Position numbers and translations under genes: made by a program. A DNA stretch of 64,000 nucleotides from Tilletiaria anomala UBC 951. Lineage: Eukaryota. Shown one piece after another: positions 1-13,251 of the stretch (position 1 is its first letter; each line of letters opens with the position of its first letter). A model generated the notes under the pieces. The model worked only from the letters and a program-made list of their open reading frames with translations, did not search any database and was not told where the DNA came from. Where the stretch lies: the NCBI RefSeq assembly GCF_000711695.1, contig NW_013547019.1, positions 310,001 through 374,000 of the forward strand, read 5' to 3'.

Positions 1-399
1 CCTGATAGTGTGTCCAGCAGGCTTTGCACTTTTCGCTTCACTGTTGCACTTCCAACTTCCCTGCCTTTACCTTGTACAAGTTGCACGACGTCTATTTGGC
101 CATTGCACCCTACGACAGCCCTTCCTTGTCCGATCCTCTTATGTCACGCGCAAGATAGTTCTCGGACAATCTGGCACCAACACGAGCATTATTGACTGTT
201 TCGTCCTATTCATTTATCCCGAAGTCGCACGCCTGTCAAGTTCCAATTTTCTAGAAGGCTCCAAGGTTCGACATTCTTACTGATTTGGGACGTTCACATT
301 CATTCACGCCATGACATGGGCTCGAAGGCTTTACTGCTCAACTTTTTACAGAGTCATCCATATGAATTCAGGTGTTTCCTTATGCTGAAGCCGGACATT

Positions 400-640
400 C
401 AGCCTTTTTTAACTGATGTCTTTCGCCTCAAAGGGCGGACCATCGTTGCTCACCTTGACCGCATGCTCTCTGAAAGCACAGTTCCCCTGTCATGGCAAGA
501 ATGAAGATTCCGCAAGTGTCCCCGTCTCTTTACTTGAGACAGTCAATATTGCTTCCCAGAGTCTCTGCCGTCTTTCGACAAGACATATCTGATGTTGCCT
601 AAATTCGGATTCCCCCATACCTACACCAAGTGCAGCTCCA
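400..640 (-). mobile_element. Highly degenerate retroelement integrase (rve) fragment
   Basis: Minus-strand translation gives ...ICLVERRQRLWEAILTVSSKETGTLA...VKVSNDGPPFEAKDIS*, which resembles the integrase core (LVxVD...SDNGPPF). Interrupted by stops. Confidence 0.35.
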
Positions 641-1319
641 CTTCGATTAGCAGGAGAAGCCTATTTCGAAACCACAATTCTTCCATCCAATGCGGCGAAT
701 TCCCTCTTGAAAACTTGAACGGTTCTGCTCTCTGTTAAGGTCTGGCTGGAGAGGTGATACGGCCTCGAGTGAGCCCTAGACAGTAATCATTGCTCAACGA
801 TAACCGCTACTTCAAAGAAATGTGTTTTTAATTGTTAGAGAATCTTGAACCCGGCGAATACGCCACAGTGCTCACTGGTGAAGTCTGGTCAATTACATTT
901 CAGTCAGATCCCAAGCATACGGACGCGCGTGTAACCTTGTCAACAACATATGTCCGCTCAAAGGCACAGCATGAAGGATCAAGACAGGTGCGAGCCAAAG
1001 ACCAGGCAGATCGCACAATTACCCAACTAGAAAAAGTGGCACAACGGCTGCTCCCTTTACGGCTCCTAAGCCCACAATTTTCCTTGAGCACAGCGTTGGA
1101 GCATGGAAAGGACGAATATGGGGTGAAGAGATGATCGGAATTCGGGTAGCTCGGACACAATCCCAATGCAGGCGAGGCGCGAGCGAGCGTCATAAGAAGC
1201 GAAAAGCCCCAGCATCGCGCAAATCTGGCCCACCGACCAGCCTGTGTTTGCTACACTTGCAGCAGGGGCCGAACGCTTCGACAACCAATCCTGGTGATGA
1301 CCGATGGCCGGCCGGTGAC

Positions 1320-4040
1320 TGCGCCCCCCTTCTCATGGCGGCCTCCTGAAGTCGCTTGATCTACTTTGGGATTGGAAGCGGTGGCAGCATCGCGGGTGTA
1401 CTGGCGAATGTTAGCTTCACTAGTGTTGGCTGATGGGTCGGTCGGGGTGAGCAGAATGGAAAGCAGAGTCAGCAGTTGCCTAGTGTAATAGGATTGATGC
1501 TGGACGCCATTCATCGTCTTCTCGTTCAAAGCCAAACCAGGAAACCTTGTACTTGAACTTGCCGCGATGGATGCGTGAGGCGAGGATCGTGACGATTGAG
1601 TAATGTTCTTGGTCGTCTACGATTTCTGGCGGTGGCGGAGCGACAAGTCGATCAGGGATGATGCTGAACTTGTATGGTTCGAGTTTGCTGATATGGAACC
1701 CGTCGTGTATCCTTATCTGTGGTGGAAGCTGAGGTCGAAATGTAAAATTCCCCATGCGCTCGACGATCTCTAACGGTCCTACGAATAGTTGCGAAAGCGC
1801 CCTCGATAGCTGCGTGTTTGCAATATGATCTTGTCGCAACAGTACGAGTGAGCCTAGTGCAAGAAAGAGGGAGCTTCGGATAGGGGTTGGTGGGTGTAAT
1901 CCGCATACCTTTTCTTTGCATGCGCCAGTGCCTTTGGCGCGAGCTGCTGAACTTCTCACATATTCGACAATTAGCTTACTTGCAGCAGGAACAGAGGATG
2001 TGGCAGGGTGATGTCGCTGTGCAAAATGCGCAGTAGGCCACGTTAAAGGGTATTGTCAGGTTAAACAGAAGGAGCACTGTTAACAGCAAATTGTGTTATT
2101 GGGGGCCAGCTGACCCAGTCGCTCTGGAGATACTCTACGTAGCATCTCAAATAAGTTTCCCAGGCCTGAGTGGCTCATTCGGGTTACATGTTGGTAGCGG
2201 CATAATAAGCAGATAAACCCTGTGTGGCCTTGAATTGTCATAGGATTTCGTGGAAGAAAGTGCGATGCGAAGGCGAACCCCCGATCGGAAGCGCTGTGAT
2301 TGGCAAAGAAATACCACATGAACCTCCCGGTCACCTTGTGAGAGTCGTCCGTACTGTGGTGGGGGTGAAGTTGACCAACTTGCTGAACAGGTCCACAATG
2401 ATGAGGATTGCGTTCCATCCATCGCTCGAAGCGAGCGCCTTGATATGATCGGCCGACAGGTCATCCAATGTTGCTATGACTCCTAGAGCGGATCCAGGAA
2501 GCCATATGGGCAATGTCGTGGAATCTTCGATATTGACAGAGATCGCAAGTCGAGACGTAGTCTAAGATGGAGCCTCACATGCTTGACCACCAAGAGTGCT
2601 GAGTGAGTCGAAACGTGGTACCATTCCTTCCCTTGTGACCTGCGAGCGGAGAGTCATGAGCCAGATGCAGGAGCATTTATGAGCAGCTGAAGAAATGTAA
2701 ATCTTGATTCTGATGTAGAGCAGATCTTCGATCCTGAATGGTTCAGAGAGCGTGGGAGATGAGGTGGTAATGACGAAATGGCCCAATAGCAGAACTGATC
2801 CGATAAATTCGATGGGGTCAAAGTTCTCGGAGCTTTCGAAGTCTCGGGATTTGCGTCCCGCAGCGCGGATATCTCTCCACTACTTCGCTCACAGATTCGA
2901 GCGACATCACTGAGGGTGCCTGCAATGCTTGCTCTCCTTCCCAGAGGTCGAAGCGGTGAGACATCACTTCGGCCTGGCTGTTGCCTTTGCTGGGTCACCA
3001 ATGGATGGCAAGTCGAAACGGCATAAGCTTCTTGCACCAGCGATGTGAAGGAGACACAGCACTCCAGGGACATGACCGTTATTAGGTTCGGATGGCCGGG
3101 ATAGACGTTAAGCATCTCGACCAACTCGACTTACCCCCGCCAAATACGGGTGCACTCGACAATGGGGAGAAGCTCTTTGTCTGCACTGGGGGAGCTAGTT
3201 GTGACGACGTAGCGAAGGTACTCGGTCCGTGTGCTACTGAGCTCTCCCTTCTCTGCTTCGACCACAACGATGTTCTCGATCAGGTGACGGAGGACCTCGC
3301 GCACATCAGCACAGTGGTGCAACGGATCGCGTGAGAAGACAAGTATATCGTTCAAATAGACCTATACTGTCGTATCTAGCAGATCCTTGAACATTACTTT
3401 CACGAGGGCCTGGAGAGTTGCATGAGTGTTTTTGATGTCAAGATGCTTACCAAAGTCTTGAACAATACATATCGTGCCCTGAACACCGTCGTGTCCTAGT
3501 GGCTGTTGTGAATGCGAAAGAGATTGTAAGCACCGTGGAGATAAAGCTTAGTGAAACGCATTGCAGCCGGCGAGCTGGCCAAACGTATGGTCGATGAGCA
3601 GAAAGGTGAACTTGTTCTTGACTGTGACATAATTCAACACTATGAGTTGGATGCAAAGCTGCGAGGAGCCCGAAGACGTCGCATGAACAAGATTGGAGCA
3701 CCGAAGGGGCCTTTATCGGGCTTGTGAACCCCTTAGGCAAACTTTCCCACAGCCATGCTGCTAACTTTGCGAGTTCAGGACTGGGGGGTAGAGGCATCTG
3801 AAAGTTGGCTTTGCACACCCGACGAGATCGATCGCATAGTCGCTTGCTCGATATGGGGTGCAAGCTGTCGGCGCCAGACCTTAAAAGCCAGAGAAGAAGG
3901 TCATGATCGTGGCCGGGAATCGTCTGCTTGGGATACTCCTGGTATTCAGCCGAGTCTGTAAACAGGAGTACCGAGTCCTGAGCCGCAGAATTGTCAATGA
4001 TGTCCTCCGGGGGAGTTAGAAAACCGGAATCAAGATGACG
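1320..4040 (-). mobile_element. Decayed Ty3/gypsy (chromovirus-type) LTR retrotransposon pol remnant
   Basis: RT motif NTHATLQALVKVMFKDLLDTTV*VYLNDILVFS (~3330-3430); integrase core DDLSADHIKALASSDGWNAILIIVDLFSK (~2380-2470); GPLEIVER...IHDGFHISKLEPY plus chromodomain EHYSIVTILASRIHRGKFKYKVSWFGFEREDDEWRPAS (1480-1780). Polypurine tract GAGAAGGGGGG at 1334-1324 is followed by an LTR-like start. Many frameshifts and stops. Confidence 0.9.
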
Positions 4041-4326
4041 TGTTACAGGAGGGACACAGGGGCAGCAGCAATGCGTCAGCGCGAGCCAACAGAGCGAAAC
4101 ATGGCGAAGTACAAGGAAGCACATCGAAGCAGCACTACCTATAAATCATCATCGAGGGGCATGGAAGGCTCAAGAGGAAAGAAACAGGCTTCAGTGGCTA
4201 CAAGTGAAGCCAGTGCCTTCTGGATGTATGAAGGGCCGCACACAGCAGCCAGAGTTCGTGTAGCGTAGAGAACGACGTCAGAACATCCTATCTAAGTCAT
4301 AATCAGCCGGTCCTTCATGATGTTAC
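4041..4326 (+). repeat. Putative 5' LTR of the copia element (~285 bp)
   Basis: Begins TGTTACA and ends TGTTACA (TG...CA), with an internal TATAAAT at ~4140. It is followed by GGTCAAAGCC, which resembles the GGTTATGAGCCC junction of fungal copia elements, and then gag. A diverged inverted copy lies at 5392-5673. Confidence 0.6.
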
Positions 4327-4383
4327 AGGTCAAAGCCTGAAGTCCAAATTGAACGCTCAAGCGACATGAAGCAAAGGACCCAA

Positions 4384-5391
4384 ATGGCAGCAAATTCGAT
4401 CTCCAAGGGGGCCACGGCCAATATCGAGAAGCTTCATGGCGGCAAATACGATGCGAGTGGGCTTTAAAACCCCTATGCCAATGATTTAGGCGGCATGTGG
4501 GGGCTACGTGACTGGCACGGGGTCAGTAAACCCCTGAGGGGATGGCAGCATCATCACCGAAAGCGAGCGCAGACGAGAAGAGGCCTTGGCAACGCTGGTG
4601 CTTGTCATCAACGACGAGATCATTGACTCCATGTGCATGATGAGGCCAGCTAGGGAACTGTGGGACATGTTAAAGGCCAAGTATCAACCCAACAAGGGAG
4701 GCTCTTGGCCGTTAACAATGACTCTATAGTGAGCATTCAGGAGTACCGCGACCTCACCTGGAAGACGTATGGCAAGATCAAAACAGAAGGAGTTGAAATG
4801 CCAAGGCCGACTAACACCTTGTCACTTAGGCCGGACTCGGCTTACGTGGTGACAACATTGTCTAGATTTTCAAACACGTTGGCAATCATTTGAAAAGAGT
4901 ACATAATGTCCCAGCATTACTCTAGGAGGGGTTTCAAGAGCTTCGCAAAAATGCCAGCAAGTCGCCTGGTACAGTCATGTTCAACAAGCATCCCATATAT
5001 GGTGGCAAAAGAAAGTTACCTTGCAGGAATTGCGGTAGGGTCACTTGCAAAACGAATGTCGATCGAAAAGAAGCGCGCAGGGTCGCATCTCGGCGGAGAA
5101 ACCGGCCGCCAGCTCGACAGATGCTATAACAGCATTCACCATTTGTAGTGTTGACATGCAGGCAGCGCATGAATGTCAACGACAAACCATCCTCGACGGA
5201 ACTTCGCACCCCCTCACCCCTGAAGGCACTGCTCTCTCCACCAAGATCAAGGACTCTACCGTCATCAAGCTCACCAAATGGCAGAACAATGAAGGCAGTG
5301 CCCAAGGGCGACTATGGGCTTATCCGTGTCAAGTCCAACAACGGAAACGTCGTCGACATCTACCTCAAGAAGGCACTTGAGGTACAAGGTA
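4384..5391 (+). mobile_element. Decayed Ty1/copia gag-protease remnant
   Basis: Frameshifted pieces MAANSISKGATANIEKLHGGKY / GMWG-YVTG / DEKRALATLVLVINDEIIDS...ARELWDMLKAKY match copia gag. TILDGTSHPLTP...IYLKKALEVQG matches the copia protease region (ILDSGAxxHMT...VLYVP). Confidence 0.75.
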
Positions 5392-5673
5392 TGGTAGTAT
5401 TGAAGGAATGGCGCATTACGACTAAGATCGAGTGCTCTGACATCTTGTTATTCTCTACGCTACACGAACTCTAGCCGCTGTGTGCGGCCCTTCATATATC
5501 CACAAGGCACTAGCTTTCACGTACAGGCTCTGAAGCTTGATTTTCTGCTATCGAACCTTCCATGACCCTATGGTGAATTATAGACAGTGCCGCCTCAACG
5601 TACTTCCTCGTACCTCGATATGGCTCGCTCCGTTAATTCGCGTGGACGTGCGGCCGTTACTCCAGTGCCATCC
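5392..5673 (-). repeat. Inverted, diverged copy of the 4041-4326 LTR-like segment (probable solo LTR)
   Basis: 5451-5516 matches the reverse complement of 4207-4272 at 61/66 positions (hand count). Weaker similarity extends over ~270 bp. Confidence 0.8.
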
Positions 5674-5979
5674 GAGATCTGCAGTGCGCCATGTAAGGTC
5701 TGCTTCATCATGAGGGCGATGGCCATTCGCACATCAATTGCGGTAGCGCCGTCCGAGCTTGTGGTTAGAGATCACCAGATCGTTCACTTAGGGTTAGCAA
5801 TGCAATCGCTGACATGTCTTCCAGAACCTCATCTGCATTTGTCAAGACGGTGGCACCGATAGCGTCCACAGCTCGGTTTCTCTCTAAGGGGTTGTGTCCA
5901 TCGTTCAGTAGAGCAAAGGTCCGTTCTGCAGCGGGTAGTGAGAAGCGTATCACCAACTCAAGCAGGCAGCTTAGGAGCC

Positions 5980-6340
5980 TATCACCTTCCCACGCTCTGA
6001 TATGCTACATAACACATTGCAACGGCTCCGCCTCAAAGATGACTTACTCTAACATGTAAAGGTGACTCTACACACACAAGTTCCGCGAAAGGCTTTGTCG
6101 TTCTAGTAGACTACGCCTCAGGGTATATCGCTAGAGTACGGTCGATTCCCGCTCGGCACACGACACAGCCACTGCACCTCACGCTTTTTCGTTCCGACCC
6201 TATGGGCTGCCCGCGGAATTGACTCCCGATAACTCGGTGGAGTCCAAGGGCAAGTTCGTCGCTGACTCTTTGCCCACAAGGTTGTACACTTGTGCCCCTC
6301 TCTCCCCACAATCCGTCGGCCAATATCGCTTAGATGGTTG
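5980..6340 (+). mobile_element. Degenerate retroelement integrase fragment (separate element)
   Basis: ICYITHCNGS (decayed zinc-binding end), GFVVLVDYASGY, YGLPAELTPDNSVESKGKF and SPQSVGQ correspond to the rve motifs LVxVD, YGxP..SDNG.EF and HPQSNG. Frameshifted. Confidence 0.6.
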
Positions 6341-8293
6341 TCAAAGGTGAAGACGGGCTTGTGGGCCTGCACGAGCGAATCCACGCTTCAAGGCGTTGTT
6401 GTAGCAACGCAGTTGGCCTTGTCTACTTGACATGACCTTGCAAGCGTTAAATACCCATACACTTGGAGGCAGCAGCCGCATAACCCGCGACTCTTGTGTT
6501 TCTGCGCTCTGCACGCTTTCCGATGCCCTCCCTCTCGCAGACCCGCATCCCTCTAATACCCTCTCACCGCTGCATAGCGCAAATCTGTTCCGTGATGCTG
6601 CCATGGACTGGCACGCGACGCAATAGCGTCAGAGGCATGTTCATTTGTATCGACAGCAGTAGCTCATGCACTTCTCCATCAGGGCAAAAACCATCGAGGC
6701 AAGTTGGCGGGTGGGCCGCCGGGACAGAATTTTCTCCGCGCATATGGTCCCTTTTAATTTGTCAAGCAGGTGCGCAGCAATGGGTACGATCTGGCCAATG
6801 GGCACGAGACTTTTTTCTCAGATTAAACGTCCTCCCACTGACTACAGCCTGTTGCCTAGCAAGGTCATAATTTTGGGTGTTGTTATGAAGAATGGAATGA
6901 AACACGTGACGATGCATGTAGCCCTATGGCGACATGGGGCCCTCACCATCGGCACATCCACCAGTATCTCTCTTCTCCCCCACTTATCACCCATACTCGA
7001 CCATTTGTAGGCTCCCCAGACATGTATGAAACTAATCATTCCTGCCTTCATAAAGGGCTTCTACATCTCTGAGGATTGAGCCAGTATGATCGCCGGCGAT
7101 CACAAGAGTCAGAAGAGAAGCGGGCAAACCTGGGTCGACAAACTACTTCCAGGAAACCGCGGCGCTCGTCATGATGCCACCTAGCAATCTCCTGGGCGTT
7201 TCTTGCGTGCAGAGTACGACTCTGGTCCGTCAGAATCGCCACCTACACCGGTATCCAGCGCCCGACCCACCCGTCGTATTGGCAAGCATGGTGTTGCAAG
7301 CGGTCAGCCGCGTCATTCGACCTGGTGAGGCACCAGAGGCGGCCAATGGAGGCGTGATTGATGAGGGAATCGTCTAGCAACGAAGCGCCTATGTGGGGCA
7401 GTCATTCCGCGATGGGATCAGATGGTGAGTCAGTTGGCAATTGTGCTCTTTCGAGCGCCAAGTCAGGTTGGGCCGACCAAATGCACCTGCTGTCCAAAGT
7501 TGGAGTGGGAATGTGCTGAATGAGGTGGTAAGTACACATTGTATATAAGCCCAGTGATCATCTGGATTGTCCCCCTAAATTGTAATCCAAGAGGATTTCG
7601 AGGAAAGTATGAATATCATGAGCCTCTGCTTGTCATCATCAAGAAAGGTCAAGAGGGGGGCGTTCAGTAATCGAACTGGCAATCCTCATACCGATAGTGA
7701 CCACCCTTTTTCTGACGATCTCCCACCAGAAGTTACAAGTTAAATGAGCTATATTTGATGAAGGAAATGTAACGTGCGTATAGAATGCCTCATAGAGGAA
7801 GATGTAGGTTTAGCAAAAGCCTGACGATGTATCCAAACTTTCCTCGCGAGATACTAAGCACAAATGAGGGAGAACAACAAAGGTTGCACGCAAGCTTGGC
7901 GAAAGCATCGCGTAGACGACCGGTGCCATTTTTCGAGATCTTAAGACTTGAAAGTGATGGTGGAAGGCTGAAGTTCCCTGCAATGCGATGTTGTACGACG
8001 CCCTTTGTATCTCATCGACAGCCGGCTAGACGTTGCTAGCGACTCTGGCAATGTGCTAACAGCCAATATATACCTAAATACCGTGCATCAGATTCACAAC
8101 CTGAGCCACTTCAGTTCGGTATGGAATATCTGCCCGTAACGGCGCCTCTCGTATCTGCTATTTGCGCCAGCACCACCCTGTGACATTGCATCAGGAGGTG
8201 ATGATCAAGGATTGGTATGCATGCGTTCTTTCTGCCTAAGTCAATGGCTGACGCTACACTACAGGAGCTAATCGAAGGGTGGCACTGTAGCGC

Positions 8294-11200
8294 CTACCTT
8301 TTCAGCTTGAGCTTGAGCTTTGGAGGGGCCACATTCTGCATTGACCCTGTTGGTGCATCGGCTGGTGGCGAAGCAGCAGAAGGTCCATGCATGCCGGGAA
8401 TGAGAGTGCTGGACATTCCAACGTTCATTGAGTGTGATGCCTGGCCTGAAGCAAGACTGGTAGGGGTACCAGTTCCCGTCGGCGACTGGCCAAATAATGG
8501 ACAAGAGGTATTGGTGGACATATGGCCGACTTGACCGCAACGCCCGCAGACTCGCTAAACGTCGGACGTGACGGACAAGACTCTGTGAGTGGAGCTGCAT
8601 CATGGTATCGGATCAAGTAGCTGAAGACGGACACACCTTCGTGGAAGCCTTGTGAAGCTTCGGGAATGGCGACAACGTTCCTTCCGCCGCGGCCTTCGCT
8701 TGTTTGCGCTGCAATCGACGGTCCTGATTCTTTTGTAGCTGGCCGATTTCTGCAGCCAAACGTTTTCTACGAGCGGCATCAAGGTCGGCATCACCTGTGG
8801 GCACTAATGCTTCCGTTTCAGTCTGGGCGTCTTGTAGTGCATGCCGATGCCTCATGTACGCATCAATGACTCCTCTGTCACGGACAACCTCTGTGTACCA
8901 TTTTCCCTCCCGCTACAAGCAGAGACTGACATCAGCACACTTGCAGTAAGTGTCGCCAGCCTTGTCCACACTCACCTGTCGACGAATGCGAAGAACCTTG
9001 TTTGCATCATCTTTAGCTCCAGCATAAGCTTCTTCATGTTCTTCAAGCGTTTGAGCGGCCTTAGCAGCTTCTGCCTCCGCCACATACGTTTTGATGGCGC
9101 GCTGCAAAGGCACAAGGTCCTGAGAATGGATCCGTGGCGGGTTTGGGGAAGACAGGCTCTGCAGTTGCTGGCGCCAAATCCTTGTGATTTCAGACTTGTA
9201 GATCAGTTCTTGCTCTGCAACATTGTATTTGTGTCCAGACTTGCTCATGGCTTCGGCCTCCGCAGCAGCTGAGTGCAATTAAGCAAGACAAGGTCAGCAT
9301 GGAATCACTCTGGGGTGCAATTTCCCTCCTCACCTTTCCTCTCTTCTGCACCCTCCCCTGCGGCGACAAAGACTTCTTTCATAGACACTCGAATGAAGCT
9401 AAATGCGTCTCCCCGTCCTGAGGGATCCCCCTCGCCATGCAAGGCAAGCCTTGCCTTTTTCTCGCTTCCGCTCAGAAAGTTCTTGCTGGCAGCCCATGGG
9501 GCCAACGACTGCTCGATCTCATTGTCACCCTCGTCCTCATCATCACCATCCTCCGCACTTTTATTAAAGCCGGCATCCACAAGACGTTGCTGCCCGGCTT
9601 GCATACTCTCACAGAGAACCATGTGCTCTGGGGGAAGCTGCTTCAGGAACTCTGCTTCGTCTGGCGCAACCACATTCGCTTTGAGCTTCCAGTAGCCTTG
9701 ATCGGGGTCCCCAGCTCTCCTATTGTACTCCATAAATTCCTAGAAAAGCTTTCATTAGTCAATCAACTTGTCCTAAAGATATTAAGATACTAACCTTAAG
9801 CCTTTGCCGCATTTGCAGCTCATTTTGATCGGGAAAGTAGCGCATCAAGCGATGTATCTTGATACGCTCGCCTTTGCTGCGCTGGACAAGTTTGTGTGCA
9901 ATCATTTGCAATCGCGTCTTGATCATATTCGTGGCAAGCCTCGCATGCGGCCCCGGAACTTGCACCGCAGGAAACAATTGACCGACAGTAAAGACGTGAG
10001 GTATTTCACGCAACAGGTACGAGACGTTGTTCTTTGTGGTGTGCCTATAACCCTCGCCAGGAAAAACCGATCAGTGTTTAGTTTCCACGGCGCGTGTGTT
10101 CGACCCACCTGATGAGCAGGAAGTCTCCTGCACGAGCCTTTTGCTTGAAGAGTGGGGCTCGTACCAAATTATTGTACAGTGTAGGTTGTATTTGTCCGGC
10201 CTCGACCTGGCCGAATCCCATGAAAGGAGACTCATCTGAGACATCCAACACGAAGGGCTCGCCAACTTCGCTCTATAGCAGGAACATGCGTTTGTCAGCG
10301 CACTGTGGGCGCACATCGCCACAAGTTCGCGGAGCTCACCTTGGGGATATTCTCGTCCTTGGCATTCTTCTTGCGATAGTAATTGACAAGAACGTGACCC
10401 ATTCCGAGGTTGGACAGCACGAGGGGAAATTCCTCCTGCACTTTACGTCAGGAGGCTGAGCATGCACAGAATCAGAATATATGAGGGATGCTCACTGAGT
10501 ACTCGTAGAGAACAAAAGGGTTTGCGTCCCGAAGAGTCAGATCGCGCGTGCTGCGGAGTATTTCCGACGCGTCTTTGCCTTTCTTGACTTTGCCGCGATC
10601 TTCTCTCTTTTTGCGCGAAGAATGTACCCGACCGAAATTAATGGGGATATTGACAGGGAACTGCATCGCTGGACGATGAAATGACTTGACCTCGCTCTTG
10701 GCCAATCGTGTTTTGTACTGGTGGAGCGGGGAATGAGTAACGAATAAGTCCAAGAGGGTCAAGTTTACAGTACCCAACAAAGCTCACGAATGGCAACTGA
10801 AGCTTGATAGCTGGCCCCGCATGCTGTACCACGAGTTGACCGAGCGTCTGCCTGACCTTATGCCTATGCTCCCGAGGCACTTCGTAAAAGCGATCATTGG
10901 ACAGGTTGAGCGGATTAAGACTAGCGGCAGCCCGCGCTGCTCTGGAAGACAGGCCTTGCGTGCTGAGTTGTGGCGCAGAAGGTCCAACTGTGAGACATTT
11001 GTTAGTCGCTGCTCATCAATTTATCACAACTCATTGGAATATCTCCTCACTTGGCGTGATCACCTGCTCCTCAAATATCATCTCCGGATCGTTCGGATCG
11101 AACACTAGGGCTACTGCTGGCAGGGGCGTGTCCTCCTTCCACCGAATAGCACCTTCCCAACTTTCCAGTGTTGCACTTGACCGCTCATACTGCATGTCAC

Positions 11201-12092
11201 CACCACCGATAGGACCCCTGTGGACGGCCCAAGTTAAGCATCAGGCGCTGATATTAATATGAGCGATTTCTTTGATATTGCCAGAAGCTCACCCTGCGTG
11301 CAATGAGGCTGCAAACGTTTCCCAATCCTCGACAGCGAGGCTTGGGTCTTTCAGGCAGGAGTCGATGGTGGAAAGATGCGCTGCAGGTGACCGATCAATC
11401 TGCTGGAATCGGTGTAACGGCACACGTACGCGCACCGATGCTCGTACTGAAAGTGGCGCAGCCTCAGAACGGCTCAAGACTTACAAGGGGAACGATGTTA
11501 TTAACGGGCCTGCCAACCTCTGTGACGGGATGCAACCTACACTGGCTCTTAAACTGCCCTAGTCGTCGCCTTTTGGTCGGTGGCGGACCCGAGAAAACAT
11601 CCGTGAAGTTGAGGATTGCACGCGATTCGAACGTTGGAAGAAGCCTGCGTAACTCCTCAGCCGGGGAGACTGGTGACACATCGGAAATGTGTCACCAGTC
11701 AAGGCCCATCTATCAGTTCTGGTTGAGATCAGAAAGCAGAAATGTAACACACCTTGAGATGCCAAAGCGGGCATCAAAGACAGGCCCATTTGGTAATAGT
11801 GATCTGCCTTCTTTATATGGTTGTCTGCACCCAATAACTCCTCGGCAGACTTTGCTGCATCAGCACCGAAGTCTGCGTTGTCCTCGTCTTCATCTTCGAA
11901 ATTGTCATTGTAGATCTGATCTGACTGTAGCTTGCCCAGCGCAGCTTGGGTGCCTTGAATCTTTCCGCCAATTTGACTCAGCTGTTCATGCGAGAAATCC
12001 TCCCCCAGGTCCTTGAGAAGGCGGCCCAGTTCAAGCCCGAAGAGATCCGCTGATACGCCCTGCTCATCGCCTGCGTCCGACTCGTCCGCCAT
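8294..12092 (-). CDS. TAF1: TFIID subunit TAF1 (fungal type, multi-exon, no bromodomains seen)
   Basis: DUF3591 motifs KTRLAKSEVKSFHRP, EEFPLVLSNLGMG...YYRK, QIQPTLYNNLVRAPLF, QNELQMRQRLK, LAPWAASKNF...LHGEGDPSGRGDAFSFIRVSMK. C-terminal zinc knuckle RVCGRCGQVGHMSTNTSCP. GT-AG introns join the ORF fragments. Confidence 0.95.
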
Positions 12093-13251
12093 CGTATTCG
12101 ACGCCGAATGCGCTATCTCAATCGTCTAGCAGGCGATCTGCTTCTTAATTCGAGTCAGACCGTTGTGCAGAGAGTTTTAGGCGATTAAGAGGGAGGTCAA
12201 ATTCTCTCCATACATAAGAGGGAGTGAAGGAGAACTATATGCATAAGGTATGTATGGAATCACCGAATCGGTAGGGAACAGAATGAAATGTGTAATCGGA
12301 GCTTTTGTTGTAGGACTTGAGGTTAGGCCGGCGGCAGCTCACCCGAGATCCGCAATAGCGTTTTGACGGACCGAAGGCCCCCCCCCGCGCACAGTTGTTA
12401 CTAGCTGGAGAGTTGGCGTTGGTGTGGATGCTTGTAAACTAAGCGACTGGCATGCAAAATGTAGTCCAGAACCAAATAAAGCGCATCAGAATCGGAATCA
12501 GAACAGTCTCATCACGTCCACCTCACAATTTCAACTGCCAAGATGTCAGGTCTTTTTCACTGGGATCCACTACAATGTTTAAAAGCACCGCATGGCATTG
12601 CCCTTTGAGATGCGTTTGAAGTCCCTCAGCCTATTTTAAACTCTGGTTAGCAATACTGCATCAGCCACAACATGTCACGAGAGCGTCACTCAGCGCAATA
12701 CAAACGAGGCCTCGCACCCATGAGCATTACTCCTGCAACTTCAAACCGAGCAGCGAGCAGCGAAGAACTCCGAGAAATGTATCGGCCGTGGAGCATGTGG
12801 CGAGCACGAGGAATGCAAGCGCGCAAACGGCAGATCAGGCGTCAGAGACGAGTCTTAGGGATAATTATCGACCAGGTCTCCTTGTGGACACATATCGTGA
12901 CCGTTGAAGAGCAGTGCAGTTGTAAACTTTCTTGAAAGCCTAGGGCAATATGCTTACAGCCTAAACGATCGTAGGCGTACCATGCAAATGACAAAAGGAG
13001 GAACATTCGCACGGTAAAGGATCGCCCTCAAATGCCAGACTCTCGGTCCTCAGAGCTGTACTATCATGTCTGGGCGGAAATCCCACAGACGAGTCTAGGG
13101 TGCAAGTGAGCATGTCTCGTCGAGATTCCATTTCATCATGTGTATACGCAAACATCCCTTGTTGATTGAGTCAACGATCACGAAAGGAGGACAAGCGTGA
13201 GAAATAGCCAGGCCTGTAAACAGCAGTCATGGAAAGGAAAAACAGTGCTGC

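Noticed and set aside
5788..5799. TTAGGGTTAG telomere-like sequence (similar single units near 34967 and 55268)
   Set aside because: Fewer than two full repeats; compatible with chance.
6450..8200. Short ORFs between the TE cluster and TAF1
   Set aside because: Stop-riddled, with no recognisable protein or TE motif; left unannotated.
12672..12935. 87-aa ORF between TAF1 and SMC6
   Set aside because: No motifs, splice support or coding-like composition.
13050..13139. Possible box C/D snoRNA (ATGATGA...CTGA on the minus strand)
   Set aside because: No terminal stem and no rRNA-complementary guide that I could recognise; these short boxes occur by chance.
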